Assembly: GCA_965649765.1 (NCBI GenBank)
Contig: OZ287748.1
Coordinates: 52,204,001 to 52,268,000, forward strand
Source: Bispira polyomma
Lineage: Eukaryota
Length of the DNA: 64,000 nucleotides
Direction of reading: 5' to 3'
Position 1 is the stretch's first letter; each line of letters opens with the position of its first letter. This document shows, one piece after another, positions 38,488 to 51,668 of the stretch. The notes beneath the pieces were generated by a model. The model was not told the origin of the DNA and ran no database searches. It saw only the letters and a list, made by a program, of their open reading frames with translations. A program made the translations under genes and the position numbers.

Positions 38488-40455
38488 TGTTAGTTAGGTG
38501 TTCTAATTGATAAATATGATTCTAATATGAGTTCCACTACCTTGTTAAAATATAGGAATGTCTACCTGGTGTACGTTAAGGATGTGTAACCTTGGATACA
38601 GCAGTGACTTCAGACTCCAGTAAGATGGATTTCTTCTTACACAGTTTGTGCTGAACTTGTTTTCTATATATAGGACTGTTTACATACAGTCCTGAATTCA
38701 ACCCCTCTGGGAGTGTGAGGCCTCAACACAAAAAGAACCATAAGGCCAGATAGATTGTCAATAAGGCCAGCTGGCAGTTTTCACATATTTACAACTCCTA
38801 CACACTCTCAGGATTGTTGCTTTGGAAGAAACTATTATAACAAGAATATTATAAAACTAAGAATGTAACTCATTCGGTAGCAGAATTTTTAACTCAAAAA
38901 TACCCAAAATATATTCAAAAATATATTAAAATTGATTATTTTAATAAAATGTATAATTCATTAAGCTGGACAGAATTTAAAACTAATATTTAACCCTTAA
39001 CCTGGTGGAGACTTGCTGCTAAATGTATATGGAGATTGCCTGGTTTGGTTTTTATAATACACAACAGAACACATATAAATCACTTACTGAATACAAGAAA
39101 TATAACTTTCATTTGCAGGTTTGTTACTGATCAGTTGTTTTGTTGACATTTTGAAACTATAACAGATGTAAACCATACTACAGTGGTAGGGAGCTCACTA
39201 AACTCTGTGGACTTGAATAATGTCACCAATTATAGTAACTGTGCAACAATCAGATAAAATCAAAGTGTGTGGGAGGCATTCATGTAATTGTACAATTTAC
39301 AAGTCATTTTCTATATTTAAAATGTCTGACTTATGTATATGGTGATGTGTTATACACATTATATCCCTTCTAGGTATCTATTGTACCTACTAAAAGTCTG
39401 TAGAAGTCACTGTAATAAAACTATGAAATTTAGTCTTGTTTTCCCTTTGAAATCCCACAAAGTACTATGAGTGAGACAAGGCCCTTTAACTCCAAGTTGG
39501 CTTTGTTTTTACACTTTAAGGCTGACAGTTTGCACTTGGAGTGACTGCTGGGGTGAGAGTAGGTTTAGATTTAAGAGGTAAATGTCAGTTTGTCAGAGCT
39601 CTGATGGTTTGACTAGTGTTTGGGGTAGTCACTAGCCAACAACTACCAGGTGACTAGGGAAGAAGCCGGCTTGTTCTGGACCAACCATTCCCTATTGAAC
39701 CATCCATTCCGTGACACTGCGATCTCTCTGTTACTCGTGGGAATCTAGCTAAAATGGATACATGCCACTCAGATAAATCTATCAGCTTCTTTTTTCTTCA
39801 AGTGAAAAGCCCCCATTTCCTGGAGCATTATAGATTGCACAGTGTATGATAGGTTGTAATAAGTGAGTTTCCCCGAGTAGGGGGATATCTTACTCGCTTG
39901 AATGCCAACATTAAAAATAGCCTCACATCAATGAGTCTTTTTACAGCCACAAAAAAATGTCCATTTGGTAAAAACATTTTTTGTATTAGGCTATCGAATA
40001 GGCATTGGTTTAAAGTTTCGAGTATAAAGGTTGACTTGTTTGTTGAGGGACTGTGTACAGACACTATTTCACTGATTTCTTGCTGTACTTTCAGAATGCT
40101 TAATCCCATGACCTGGGGACATGCAGCAGGAGAGGCAGTGGTGTCCACAGGTAACTGAAAATAGGCACTAGATATGTCAGTAATTCATCAAATCATGGCA
40201 TCACTCCTGCTTAGGTTGAACAAGTCCAGCGGAGAGCTGACATCAAACAAGGAGATGATTAATTAAACAACATGTGCCATCTTTCTTCCCCCAAAGCTCA
40301 TCGAAAAGGATATATACTTCATGTAATAAGGACAGAAATCTCCTCATGTGTCTATAAAACTGGACTTAGTGTCAATTAGTCCTTCCTCAAACCTGTATAT
40401 ACTGTGTGTGAACAATGCACTAACTACAAAGCTGATTTAACACCTTACCAGGGAT

Positions 40456-43221
40456 ATGGGGTGTGACGTACTTCTCTGCTGCGTTATTGTATTGGTAAGC
40501 ATTCCCTCTGTATTCACTGAGGCATTAGCCCCAGCTCCTGTCACATACACAATACAAGAAGAACTGGATGCAGGAACAAAAGTAGGTCAGCTCTCCGTTG
40601 ATACCCAGTTAAATAAGAAGTATCCACCTCAGGTGTTGAACAAGCTCCGATTCCGTTACTTGTCCCTTCCAGTACTGACATTTACCCTTGAACTGACTAC
40701 TGGAGCAATTATTACGGGTGAGCGAATTGATCGGGAGGAGCTTTGCCCTATGCAGGAGGTGTGTGAAGTGAAGTTTGATGTGGCTGTGCAGCCTGTGAAC
40801 TACTTCCAGATCATCAAGGTGACCATTGTAGTGGAGGATATCAATGACAACTGGCCTCACTTCTCTGAGCCAAGAATCACACATGATATCTTGGAGTCTG
40901 CATCACTGGGGACCACACTCTCCTTACCCTCAGCTATAGATACTGACAGCCCAATCTATGGCATTCAGAGGTATGAAGTAGTGGATGACACTGGCAAATT
41001 TGGCTTAAAGATCACAGACAAATTGGATGGATCAACCGATGTCAAATTGATTCTTGATAAGAAACTGGACCGAGAAATGACAGAAGAATATAAAGTGCGA
41101 GTGATAGCTTTTGATGGAGGTGGATTCACGGGTTATGTTGATATTCTAATTTCTGTGCTAGATGCTAATGATTACAACCCAATGTTTAACAATAATACGT
41201 ATGAAGTCACTATTTCTGAAGATGTACCACTGCACACTACAATCCTACATATTAAAGCATGGGATCCAGATATTGGCGAAAATGGTCGAATTTGTTATGG
41301 CCTCTCTGCAAGAACAAGAACAAAGTATGGCCATTTGTTCTCCATTCATGAAGTGAGTGGGGATATCACTGTGATCGGAGAGGTAGACTTTGAGGAACAC
41401 CAAGTGTTTCATCTTGGAGTGACTGCTAAAGACATGGGACCTGGGTCTCTTCCCGCAGATGCCACAGTAGTGATCTATGTCAAGGATGAAAATGACAACC
41501 CACCAGAGATCACCATTAATACACTGACTGACTCCACCTCCTCCTTGGCGGAAGTCATGGAGGAATCTGCAGTTGGCACTTTTGTGGCACATGTCACTGT
41601 TGTGGATAAAGACAGTGGCTTGAATGGTAAATTTAGCTGTTTCCTCAATGACAATCACTTCAAGCTGGAACAGGTTTACGATAAGGAGTACCAGATAGTA
41701 ACTGCTCTTACTTTAGACAGAGAGACCAGAGACTCTTACGACATACTAGTAGAGTGTACAGATGAAGGATTGAAAAGCCAGACTTCTATTAGGAACCTTC
41801 TTGTGGTTGTAGGGGATAAAAATGATAACAACCCACAGTTTGACAGGGCTCAATATACTGCCAACATAATTGAAAATAATTATGAAGGTACTGCCATTTT
41901 GCAAGTGAATGCCACTGACAAGGATCTCGGCAGGAACGCAGATATCCGTTATGTCCTTCCACCAGAGGTTAAAAGGGTTTTCAACTTGGATTCAACTAAA
42001 GGAACTTTAACTGCAGCAATAAAGTTTGACAAAGAAGAACATCCCCAAATTAGATTTAAGGTAATAGCTGAAGACCACGGTGAACCATGCAAGACAGGTA
42101 CAGCTGTGGTTTTAATTACAGTACAGGATATTAATGACAATGCACCTGAGTTCGAAAAGAATCATTACACCTTTAGTGTAGCAGAAAATGAACCACTTGG
42201 CATAAGTGTAGACACTGTAACTGCACAGGATAAAGATTACGATATTCCAAATCGTAATTTTACATATTTCATTTCGAAACATGAAAGTGATGCTGGGAGT
42301 CTGGAAATGTTTCACCTAGACCATACAAATGGACAGATAACAACCAAAATATCATTAAACAGAGAAACGCATGACGTCTATCATCTGGTTGTTTTGGCTG
42401 TAGACAAAGGAGAACCAAAGCGCACAGGTAGTGCTCGAGTCACTATAATAGTCACAGATGTTAATGACCACTTTCCATATTTTGTTTTTCCAAACAACAC
42501 TAACCGCAGTGTCCAGGTGTCAAGTATGGCTCAGGTTGGTTATCCTATCACAAAAGTGAAAGCTCTTGATCTTGACAGTGGCATCAATGCTGAGCTGAGG
42601 TATAGGATTACAAGTGGTAACTCAGACCATCTCTTCAAACTAGAAAAAAATAGTGGCACTTTGAGTACAGCAAGAAGGTTACATAAAACACTAAACAGTA
42701 TTTATATATTAGAAATTACAGTTAGTGACAACGGTATGCCTAGTAAGACTGCTAAATCTTCACTTGAGGTCTACATTAACAGAACATTGCACCAACCAGT
42801 GCCAGATGGTCATAACAATAGCATAGAAGGCTTCTTCTCGGGCTATAACCTTTATATTGTGATAGGGCTTGCAGCGGCCTCTGCTTTAATAGCTGTCATA
42901 CTCATTGTTGCAATCATCTTTATCCACCGTAGGAGCAGGAGAGACAAGGATGAAGGCTCTTACAACTGTAGACAGGAAGAAGCAAAGAAAATTCTCCAAA
43001 ATCAACATACTGACGGTTCTGTAGCTAGAAACAGTCCCAAGCTTATAAATGGTGGGGCTACAATAATAGGCAACTCTGGTGTAAATCACTACTCTGTCAC
43101 ACCAACAAATAGCAGCAAGCTCTCCAAGAAGGAAGTGAGCTTCACCCTAGAAAGCGGCCCAGAGCAGCAGTCAGCGCACACACTGCCCAGACACAGGGCC
43201 GTGGAGGATCACGTCACCAAT
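40456..43221 (+). CDS. Pcdh: Protocadherin paralog B exon 1: signal peptide, 7 cadherin repeats, TM, proximal cytoplasmic region
   Basis: DRE and DxNDN-type motifs, EC1 CX5C (CPMQEVC), TM LYIVIGL...AIIFI, YNCR motif; AAT|gtaagt phase-0 donor at 43222 inside the 928-aa ORF. Confidence 0.96.
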
Positions 43222-45949
43222 GTAAGTTCTGTCTCTTTCTAGAATGTATTACTAGGTAATGTAAACCTGAATACTAGTTATTGATCGAACTCAAAAATGT
43301 ATGGAGGATTTTGAGGCTGACACTTATCTCCCCTAAACCAGAGCTCATCTTAAAGCATTTTGAGCGAGGCAAATAAATGCACTACTTCCTTACAAGTTAC
43401 ATGACATGTAGTAAAACATGTAGAACTAAGAATCAAATATTGTTGACTGTCTTTCTTCCTTACCTTTTTAATCAAATTTATCACATATTTAATGACATTG
43501 TGTGTTTGCCATTAAAATGGAAACATTCTAGTACGAAAAGGGGGCACCCGTCTAATTTTAACAACTGTAAACAACTTTTGCAACAAAATATCAAAATTAA
43601 GATATTCTGATTCTCCATAAGGCAACACTCCTTTTAATGGTTTATACCGATGGCATTGATAAAGTATAGACCAAATTATTGAAGACAATTAGTAACATTA
43701 GCGAAGGCATGTGTCCATTTCCACCCGTCCCTACACATATCACCAACTTCTTCCCACCATTAATCAGCCACATCTGGTGAAGCACAGCCAGGTAAACTAT
43801 CAGAGTCACTTTACAATGCCATTCAGGCGTCATATTCTTTGTTTCAATTGAAAGCTGTTTTCATTTGTGACCATTGATTTAACAAGCATCTTTTACAGCT
43901 CTGGTTTCCACAGCATATTAATTCTGAGCACAACTGCTACCCTAAGAAGGGACGCAGTCCTTAGAAAAACAAGTCCACAGAAAAATCCCTTCCTCTGGTG
44001 TGCTTTTACAGAATAAGTAACGTTCAGAGTAGTAGGCCAGATACGTTTGTGTTAAAAATGAGACCTCTATGAAGACACACACAGTTAATGTGATCTTAGT
44101 TAAAGGTCTACTGTATCTGGATATTTATGACTTGTTTTTATGTTCCTGTGAAAGTATTGATGTATTACAAGCATGTTTAATGTCTCTGTGCTCAGCATTA
44201 TTCTCTACAAGTGTTCATCAAGCTGGAGGAATAACTGGAATCTATATCATTACTATGTGGTGGTATTTAACTACGAATACTCTGATATTGCCCTGTAGGA
44301 GATAACTTGCATGAATAAGGCGTGTTAAAAATTCAAAATACATTACAAAAATATCATGGACTTGACACAAAAACTCATTTCCTCCATTTGTTTTGGATGA
44401 CCTATTTTCCATGCCCATATATATACTCGATTTTGGGGGTTTCTGGTTCTTTAAATGCAGCTTAACGAGTGCATCAATTCAAATATTTGGTGTATGAACT
44501 TGTTTTCCTTACTTACAAGTCAGTATAATGTGTATACTTGTGAGTAGGCCACCAAACCTGCATCTAACCCACCTCCTTACCCACCAATACTATACACAAT
44601 ACCTGCCAGTTCCCCAACCACATACCCCTACAAACTGGGCTATGGTAATCACAGCCATCAGTGAGTTAAGGCTCCAGTTTCTACACTCACTTCTCACTTA
44701 CAGTATGACTGCAGTTAGCATGCTAAGCTACCTTTGTCAACGAGCAAAACAAGGCCAGGGTAACTTTCATCCTGATTTTACATTCCATTTTTAACATTAC
44801 TTGGAGGCGCTGCCACTTATATATGTGACAAATGTTGTGCTATCAAAGTATCAGCCTGATAGTAATATGTTTTATAAGCGATGCAACCCACGGCATCATA
44901 GGTTTTATACCCTTTTAACATAGTATATTATGAATATGAAATATTTAAAAAGTCAACTATTGCTGGAACAACTGTTGTTAACACATATAACATTGGCTTA
45001 CTTTATCAAATGCGAGCTGTTTTGTGTAAAATGAGTGACACCGCATTTCTTTGATAACATGACTTTCTTTGAGTCTTAATGAGGTACACTGAAATTCAAC
45101 TTAGAGAAAATTGGTATATGGTAAGTGTAAACATTGTCAGTATTATAAGTACTGAACTTTGACATTATCAACAACAAATGAAAGATCTCACTGAAAAGCA
45201 CCATATCGAGGTCAGTTTGGTGTGTATTCCAACAGTTCCAATCATGTCTTCTTTGGAATAGCGTGGGTCATCCCTCAAGTGGGTGGAGTTAGGGGTTCTT
45301 ATAAAAGACCTTCGTACAAAAATAGCGACAGTATATGAAAAAAAAAATCTGAATGAAAACAATATCATCGCTTTCACAAAAATAAACAATGAAGTTACCA
45401 TTACAGCTTCAAAGTTAGCAACTTTTAGTATAATGAAATAAAAATCACAGTTGAAAAAAAGTATCTAGACAGTGAAAAACCAAATTATCTCTAAGCACAA
45501 TATAATCAACAACGGCTTTTTGATGAGTTGTTTATCTGGATTTTATGCACTGAACGTAGCTGAAGTATTGCTAATCTAATGCTTCCAGGGCTAACTCATC
45601 ATCCTGGCTTTGAGAAACTTGGTAATTTTCTGCAAGCTTATGGCCTGTAATCATTAATTTATACCTCGCATGATTGTAAGAGCCTGTAGTTCTTCTAGAG
45701 CCTGTAAGATCCTGTAGTTCTGTACAACACGGGTTTACTGGGTATAGGGGTCATAAAGAGATGAATTGCATGGATTGTGTTGGAGGATGGGATCTAAAAA
45801 CCAAACAATTAATCTGCCTGATAATCCCTCCATAGAATCACCTGTAGGAAGACCAGTAATAGTTTCTTTGTCCGTTTATAATTTAGGGGTTGTAAATCAA
45901 AGGTATCTCGAGAGTTAGTAACATGGCCAGAGGCTATCTGATAATATGC

Positions 45950-46615
45950 CGACACAGTGTGTATCTCTGGTGTCTAAAGACAATATGTCCACATAGTGTG
46001 TATCTGGGGTGTCTAAAGACAATATGTCCATACAGTGTGTATCTGGGGTGTCTAAAGACAATATGTCCACATAGTGTGTATCTGTGGTGTCTAAAGACAA
46101 TATGTCCACACAGTGTGTATCTGGGGTGTCTAAAGACAATATGTCCACATAGTGTATATCTGTGGTGTCTAAAGACAATATGTCCACACAGTGTGTATCT
46201 GTGGTGTCTAAAGACAATATGTCTACACAGTTTGTATCTGGGGTGTCTAAAGACAATATGTCGACACAGTTTGTATCTGGGGTGTCTATAGCCATGATGT
46301 ATACACAGTGTGTATCTGGGGTGTCTAAAGACAATATATCCACACAGTGTGTATCTGGGGTGTCTAAAGACAATATGTCTACACAGTTTGTATCTGGAGT
46401 GTCTAAAGACAATATGTCGACACAGTTTGTATCTGGGGTGTCTAAAGACAATATGTCCACACAGTTTGTATCTGGGTTGTGTGAATACATTATGTACACA
46501 CAGTGTGTGTCTGGGGTGTCTAGAGACAATATGTCCACACAGTTTGTATTTGGGTTGTGTAAAGACATTATGTACACACAGTGTGTATCGGAGGTGTCTA
46601 AAGACAATGTGTATA
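45950..46615. repeat. Intronic minisatellite, 39-bp unit, about 17 copies
   Basis: CCACACAGTGTGTATCTGGGGTGTCTAAAGACAATATGT tandem. Confidence 0.95.
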
Positions 46616-49600
46616 ACAAATTTTACAAAATCTTACTATTCTATTTGAGGTCCAAAGCTTCATTTAATTTGGGACTATATTGAGAAGTGTTTTTATTTTG
46701 GAGGTGCCTTTCATGTATTTATGTTGGGGCTGGGTGTGAGTGTAAACCATTACTGGGTACAAACTATCATAACAGAACTCAGAAGGCAGAGCCTGACTTT
46801 AACCCTTCATCTCCTTTACTCCCTCATAACAATGTTACGCTGTCTAAAGCCCATCGAGAAGCTGGCAGTAAATGGCTGTGGTCTGCTCTGATTTAGCTTC
46901 CAAATCTATCTCTAAAGGTTAGGGTATTACTTCAAGCTTTCCACACACTAACATAGGGGTCCTGTATGAATTCTGAGTTTACCAGAATTATATAGATGTC
47001 CTCTTTCCAGCTAGATTGCTAACGCCTAACAATATCAGTGATAGTGGGAAAAAATGCTAAACAGTGTGCAATAAAAGAGCAATCAGCAATATTTGGTGCA
47101 TATCCTTGTTCCTTAAATGTAAGAGAGTATTTTGATAAGCTACAGAACTTTTTTGTGGTAGGAACACATTGGGGATGTAGTTGTGTTATAGGCTGATTGC
47201 TGTGTAACAAAAGCTCCAGATGTCCACTGTGTATGTCAAGCTTAACATGATTACAGGCTTCCCCAAACTATGAATCAGCTATATCCTCAACTCTTAGGCT
47301 ATTACTGCCAAGTCTGCTGAACTGTTGAAGAATTAGAAAATAGAATATATTCTATCTATAAGTCATTGCTAGGAAAGTCCAACGGGTTTATCGGTGTATG
47401 ACAAAAATGATTTAATTAAACATGTGTAAGAAGTTTAGAGATTCTAAGATGCTCACATTCTAAACAGGATAATCCAATGAGCAAAATATTAATGTGGGGT
47501 ACTGCTAGGGATTTCTACAAAAGATAACACTGAAACATCCCTTTAACTGTTAGACATTGTCAGACTCTATCACAAACAGAACATCTTCTATCACCTTGTT
47601 AAGCCAGCCATGTCTAGAAGTCTTTCAGAAAAAATTGACTTGCAGGGACAGGCTAATAATATTTTTCTAAATGCTGCAGAGCTATGTATTGAGAACAAAG
47701 ATTCTCTCCGGAATAGCCAGCGGAGGTGCTTAAAGAATGGTCTACAGTCTACAGCCATTTCCCTTCATTATATTGACATTTGATGAAATTTCCCCGCATT
47801 GCCAGGCCATTTCGTTGAGAGCACTCAATGTGTGTGCTGTGTCTCTTCCTATGCAGTAGAGCCCCACTCCACTAGAACTGGCCGCCTTTAATTAGACCAC
47901 AGTCGTGTGCCTGGTCTTTATCAATTAGGAATTTTTCAAAGGCTTTCAGTTGTCTTATTGCATGACCAAAGTCATATTTCATCGTTTTTACAGTTCTCTT
48001 CATGGAGGCAGGGTGTGAAAGCAGCATTAGACGGCTTCTAGGGAGTAATTATAAGCCACCCAGCCCCTGTCTTGTTTTCTATAAACCTCAGAAATATGGC
48101 CAGCTACTGAAAACGGGTTTTGTTCCAGCTCAAAGACATATGAAATAGCAGTGAGGGGAATTGTAAAGAACAGTTGTTAATAGAGGGTGTGACATTTTAA
48201 TACACTGATTTATAGCTGTTGATTCTATTAACAGAAGCTTATCTTGCCTGTGGGAGTTTTATCATCATATTAAATCATGTCTGATCAAAGCAGATCTTGC
48301 AGGGGTTGGTTTATTGGGAGTGTGGGCTGTTTTACTGTAGGGGTGTGTGTCAGAGGTTGTCTCAAGGCCTCATTACTCCGCCATGACTTGCACCAACCAT
48401 ATTATCCACACCAATAACTAGACTAACATCAGTATAATGATGTGTCAGCTATAATTGAATTTTTAAGGGTCTGTTGACGGACATTAGTATAATTAAAAAG
48501 CAAACACTAACTTACAATTATGCGGAATACCTACAGGCTTAACTCTAAGTGGGATTGATCAAATAACCTTGATTAAAAACTTCATCTAATATTGATTTGT
48601 TACACCTCAAGTTTTTTTCTCATATCTGCCAGTAATTCGTTTGGATAAAATAAGATATTCTGGTTTTGCTTTGCAATATAATACTGCTATTCAAGCCCAA
48701 TTTATTTATAATTATAAATAGAAATATTTTATTTGGGAATATACATGCATAAACTTTACACATTGCATGTGACAAGACGTGCCAGTATTAAGGTATTGTA
48801 TCTGTTGATCACACAACTGCAACTTACCAGTGATATCCGTCTACCTTAGAAGTCCTATATTCGTCTTTATACATCCTCTTTGGCATTCTCAAGGTTTCAA
48901 GGAGTTGGCACTTTGCCCTCGATGGGTAGATCTTGCTTTCATGTATACCTTAGAACTTACTCCATCTTCATCAGCGGTAATTTGGTGACTTTTCCCCAAA
49001 AAAGTTCCCTTCCTAGTCAGATGTTTCTTGTGCTATGATGGATTACTGTGCACCCCCTTATATCATAAATAAGAGGGATAAACTGGCAGCAGAGACATGC
49101 CACCTGCTTAGGTTACTGCTTCTATTAGGGTATGTGATTGTATAGCTACTACAACAAACAACTTCTCTACTCTTTCTTGATTTACAGAGTTTGAAATGAC
49201 ACGTTTATAAAATACCAAACCTATATGCTTGAAGGCTAATAGTGAGCTAGATTTACTATGTGACAGTGTCTCAAATGTACCCTTTCCTCCCTGACTTTAG
49301 TGATCCCATGTTTCTGTTAAGAGTGTCTTTGGCTAGTGCTCCTTCAATCTCCCCTTTTTCCGCTCTCTCTGATTTCAAAATCACTCGCCAGTCGTATAAC
49401 TTCTAATTAAGATCAATTATTTACATCCCTGGCATTTCTCCACCTGCCAGTAAAACAATCAGAAGAAGCTTCTGTTCGTGGTCCAGTGTCACTCATACCA
49501 TTAGCACAGACTTTTTAAAGCATGATTTTTAATTCTCTAAAACTCTACTAATTTTGGGGGTATTTAAATTGTTTGCATAACTTTATCATCTTAACCAAAT

Positions 49601-49789
49601 CGATTAGCCAAATAAACAAAATAAGTGTGCAGATAACATATTGTTGTTGAAATACTGAAATGTATTTAATATATTTTGTGTGTGTGTGAAAATGACAAAA
49701 ATCCTGGTAAATTTTTTTATTTGTGTTTACCCTCTAAAATATAAGTGTACAATACAGGCCTCTCCTCAGTATAACTGTATGCATTGCAG

Positions 49790-49925
49790 ACCTACCATCC
49801 ACTGGTGGGCAGTTTACGACAGGATGACTGTGACAGCGGGTCCTACTCTGGGGATGGTTCCTTCCCAGACAGTGGAAAAGGCACTAGTGAAGAAGGTGAC
49901 TACAGCAGTCCACCTCACCCTCCTA
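49790..49925 (+). CDS. Pcdh: Protocadherin paralog B exon 2 (phase 0 to 1)
   Basis: ttgcag acceptor, A|gttagt donor; TYHPLVGSLRQDDCDSGSYSGDGSFPDSGKGTSEEGDYSSPPHPP in frame with exon 1; not shown in the ORF track. Confidence 0.88.
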
Positions 49926-49939
49926 GTTAGTAATAGATT

Positions 49940-50730
49940 TGTATACCTCTCACCAGTGTATAGTACCTTCTGTATGTGTGTACCTCTCACCGGTGTATAG
50001 TACCTTCTGTATGTGTATACCCCTCGCCAGTGTATTGTACCGTCTCTATGTGTATACCCCTCACCAGTGTATAGTACCTTCTGTATCTGTATACCCCTCA
50101 CCAGTATATAGTACCTTCTGTATGTGTATACCCCTCACCAGTCTATAGTACCTTCTGTATGTGTATACCCCTCACCAGTGTATAGTACCTTCTGTATGTG
50201 TATACCCCTCACCAGTCTATAGTACCTTCTGTATGTGTATACCCCTCACCAGTGTATAGTACCTTCTGTATGTGTATACCCCTCACCAGTCCTTAGTACC
50301 TTCTGTATGTGTATACCCCTCACCAGTGTATAGTACCTTCTGTATGTGTATACCCCTCACCAGTCTATAGTACCTTCTGTATGTGTATACCCCTCACCAG
50401 TGTATAATACCTTCTGTATGTGTATACCTCTCACCAGTGTATAGTACCTTCTGTATGTGTATACCCCTCACCAGTCCACAGTACCTTCTGTATGTGTATA
50501 CCCCTCACCAGTCCATTGTACCTTCTGTATGTGTATACCCCTCACCAGTGTATAGTACCTTCTGTATGTGTATACCCCTTACCAGTCCATAGTACCGTCT
50601 GTATGTGTATACCCCTCACCAGTCCATAGTACCGTCTGTATGTGTATACCCCTCACCTGTCCATAGTACCTTCTGTATGTGTATACCCCTCACCAGTTTA
50701 TAGTACCTTCTGTATGTGTATACCCCTCAT
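49940..50730. repeat. Intronic minisatellite, 37-bp unit, about 21 copies
   Basis: TGTATACCCCTCACCAGTGTATAGTACCTTCTGTATG tandem starting about 15 bp after the exon-2 donor. Confidence 0.95.
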
Positions 50731-51231
50731 CGCCTCATTATCTTGAAATACCTCCTAGTCGTTGTCCCTTCCACATTATCTTTTCAAATGTCTGATGGGC
50801 CAGACATTGCTGGTATGAGTGAATGTGATCGATTCAATGAGGTGATTTTTTACTGTACGAGTGCTGGAGATGTTTTTTACCATGGAATCTGCCATGGTTA
50901 GTGACGTCTCTACTGAGCACAAATTCTGCTCATTACTGGCTAGCAAGTACTTCAAATCTGTAATTGCTTTTCCAGCACTAAATAAATGCCCAGCAACCGC
51001 CACTTTAGGAAGAAGAAGTGCAATTTGTCTTGCTGGGCACTCAGCAGAAATTACTTTTCGATATCAAAGTTAATTTGTTTTGAATACACTACATCATGGC
51101 ACAACAGATGAACATGTTATCTTCATATTTGTTTACAACTAGAAGCTAATATAATCCATCGTGATTAATGTTGAACAAAAGCACGGAAGTTCAGAATTGT
51201 TATACATTTATAAAGTGATGTCTTTTGACAG

Positions 51232-51668
51232 GTTGTCGCCAGCTGTCCAGTGGGGAGCCACTGTTACAGAATACCAACAATCCAGCAAGCAGCTACAATA
51301 AGAGGAAGCCAGAGTTCCGGACGTTTAGTCCAGTGAATACCTTGTCAGGAGAGGAGAGGAAGGGTAGTAGTGGCAGTCTGGACAGTGACTCCCTACACCC
51401 CCTCATAGAGGCAGCAGTCAGAGCCAACTACACTGGACACAGCACCCTGCCTCTTCGCTCTTACTCCACAGACCGCTCTCATAACACCCTACCCCACCAG
51501 AGACAGATAAAGCCACCAGTTACACACAGAACACCAGCCAACAGTCTTACAAACAGGGAGGATCATACTGCTAACAGCTACCAACCTGGATTTGATGTGG
51601 ATCCAGATGAACTGAATTACACTATTAATGAGTTCATGCTAAGTAACTGTAAGGAAGATGTCGTATAG
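51232..51668 (+). CDS. Pcdh: Protocadherin paralog B terminal exon
   Basis: tcttttgacag acceptor; phase-1 join (A+GT) in frame with the 147-aa ORF; S/T/P-rich tail ending EDVV*. Confidence 0.85.

Noticed and set aside
40609-43089. Antisense and alternative-frame ORFs within the protocadherin exon
   Set aside because: Shadow ORFs of the real coding frame.
40456-43242. Treating the 928-aa ORF as the complete single-exon gene
   Set aside because: A consensus donor at 43222 and two phase-matched downstream exons, mirrored in the paralog, indicate a spliced gene of about 1112 aa.
45915-46683. Long repetitive ORFs on both strands
   Set aside because: 39-bp intronic minisatellite; no start or splice context.
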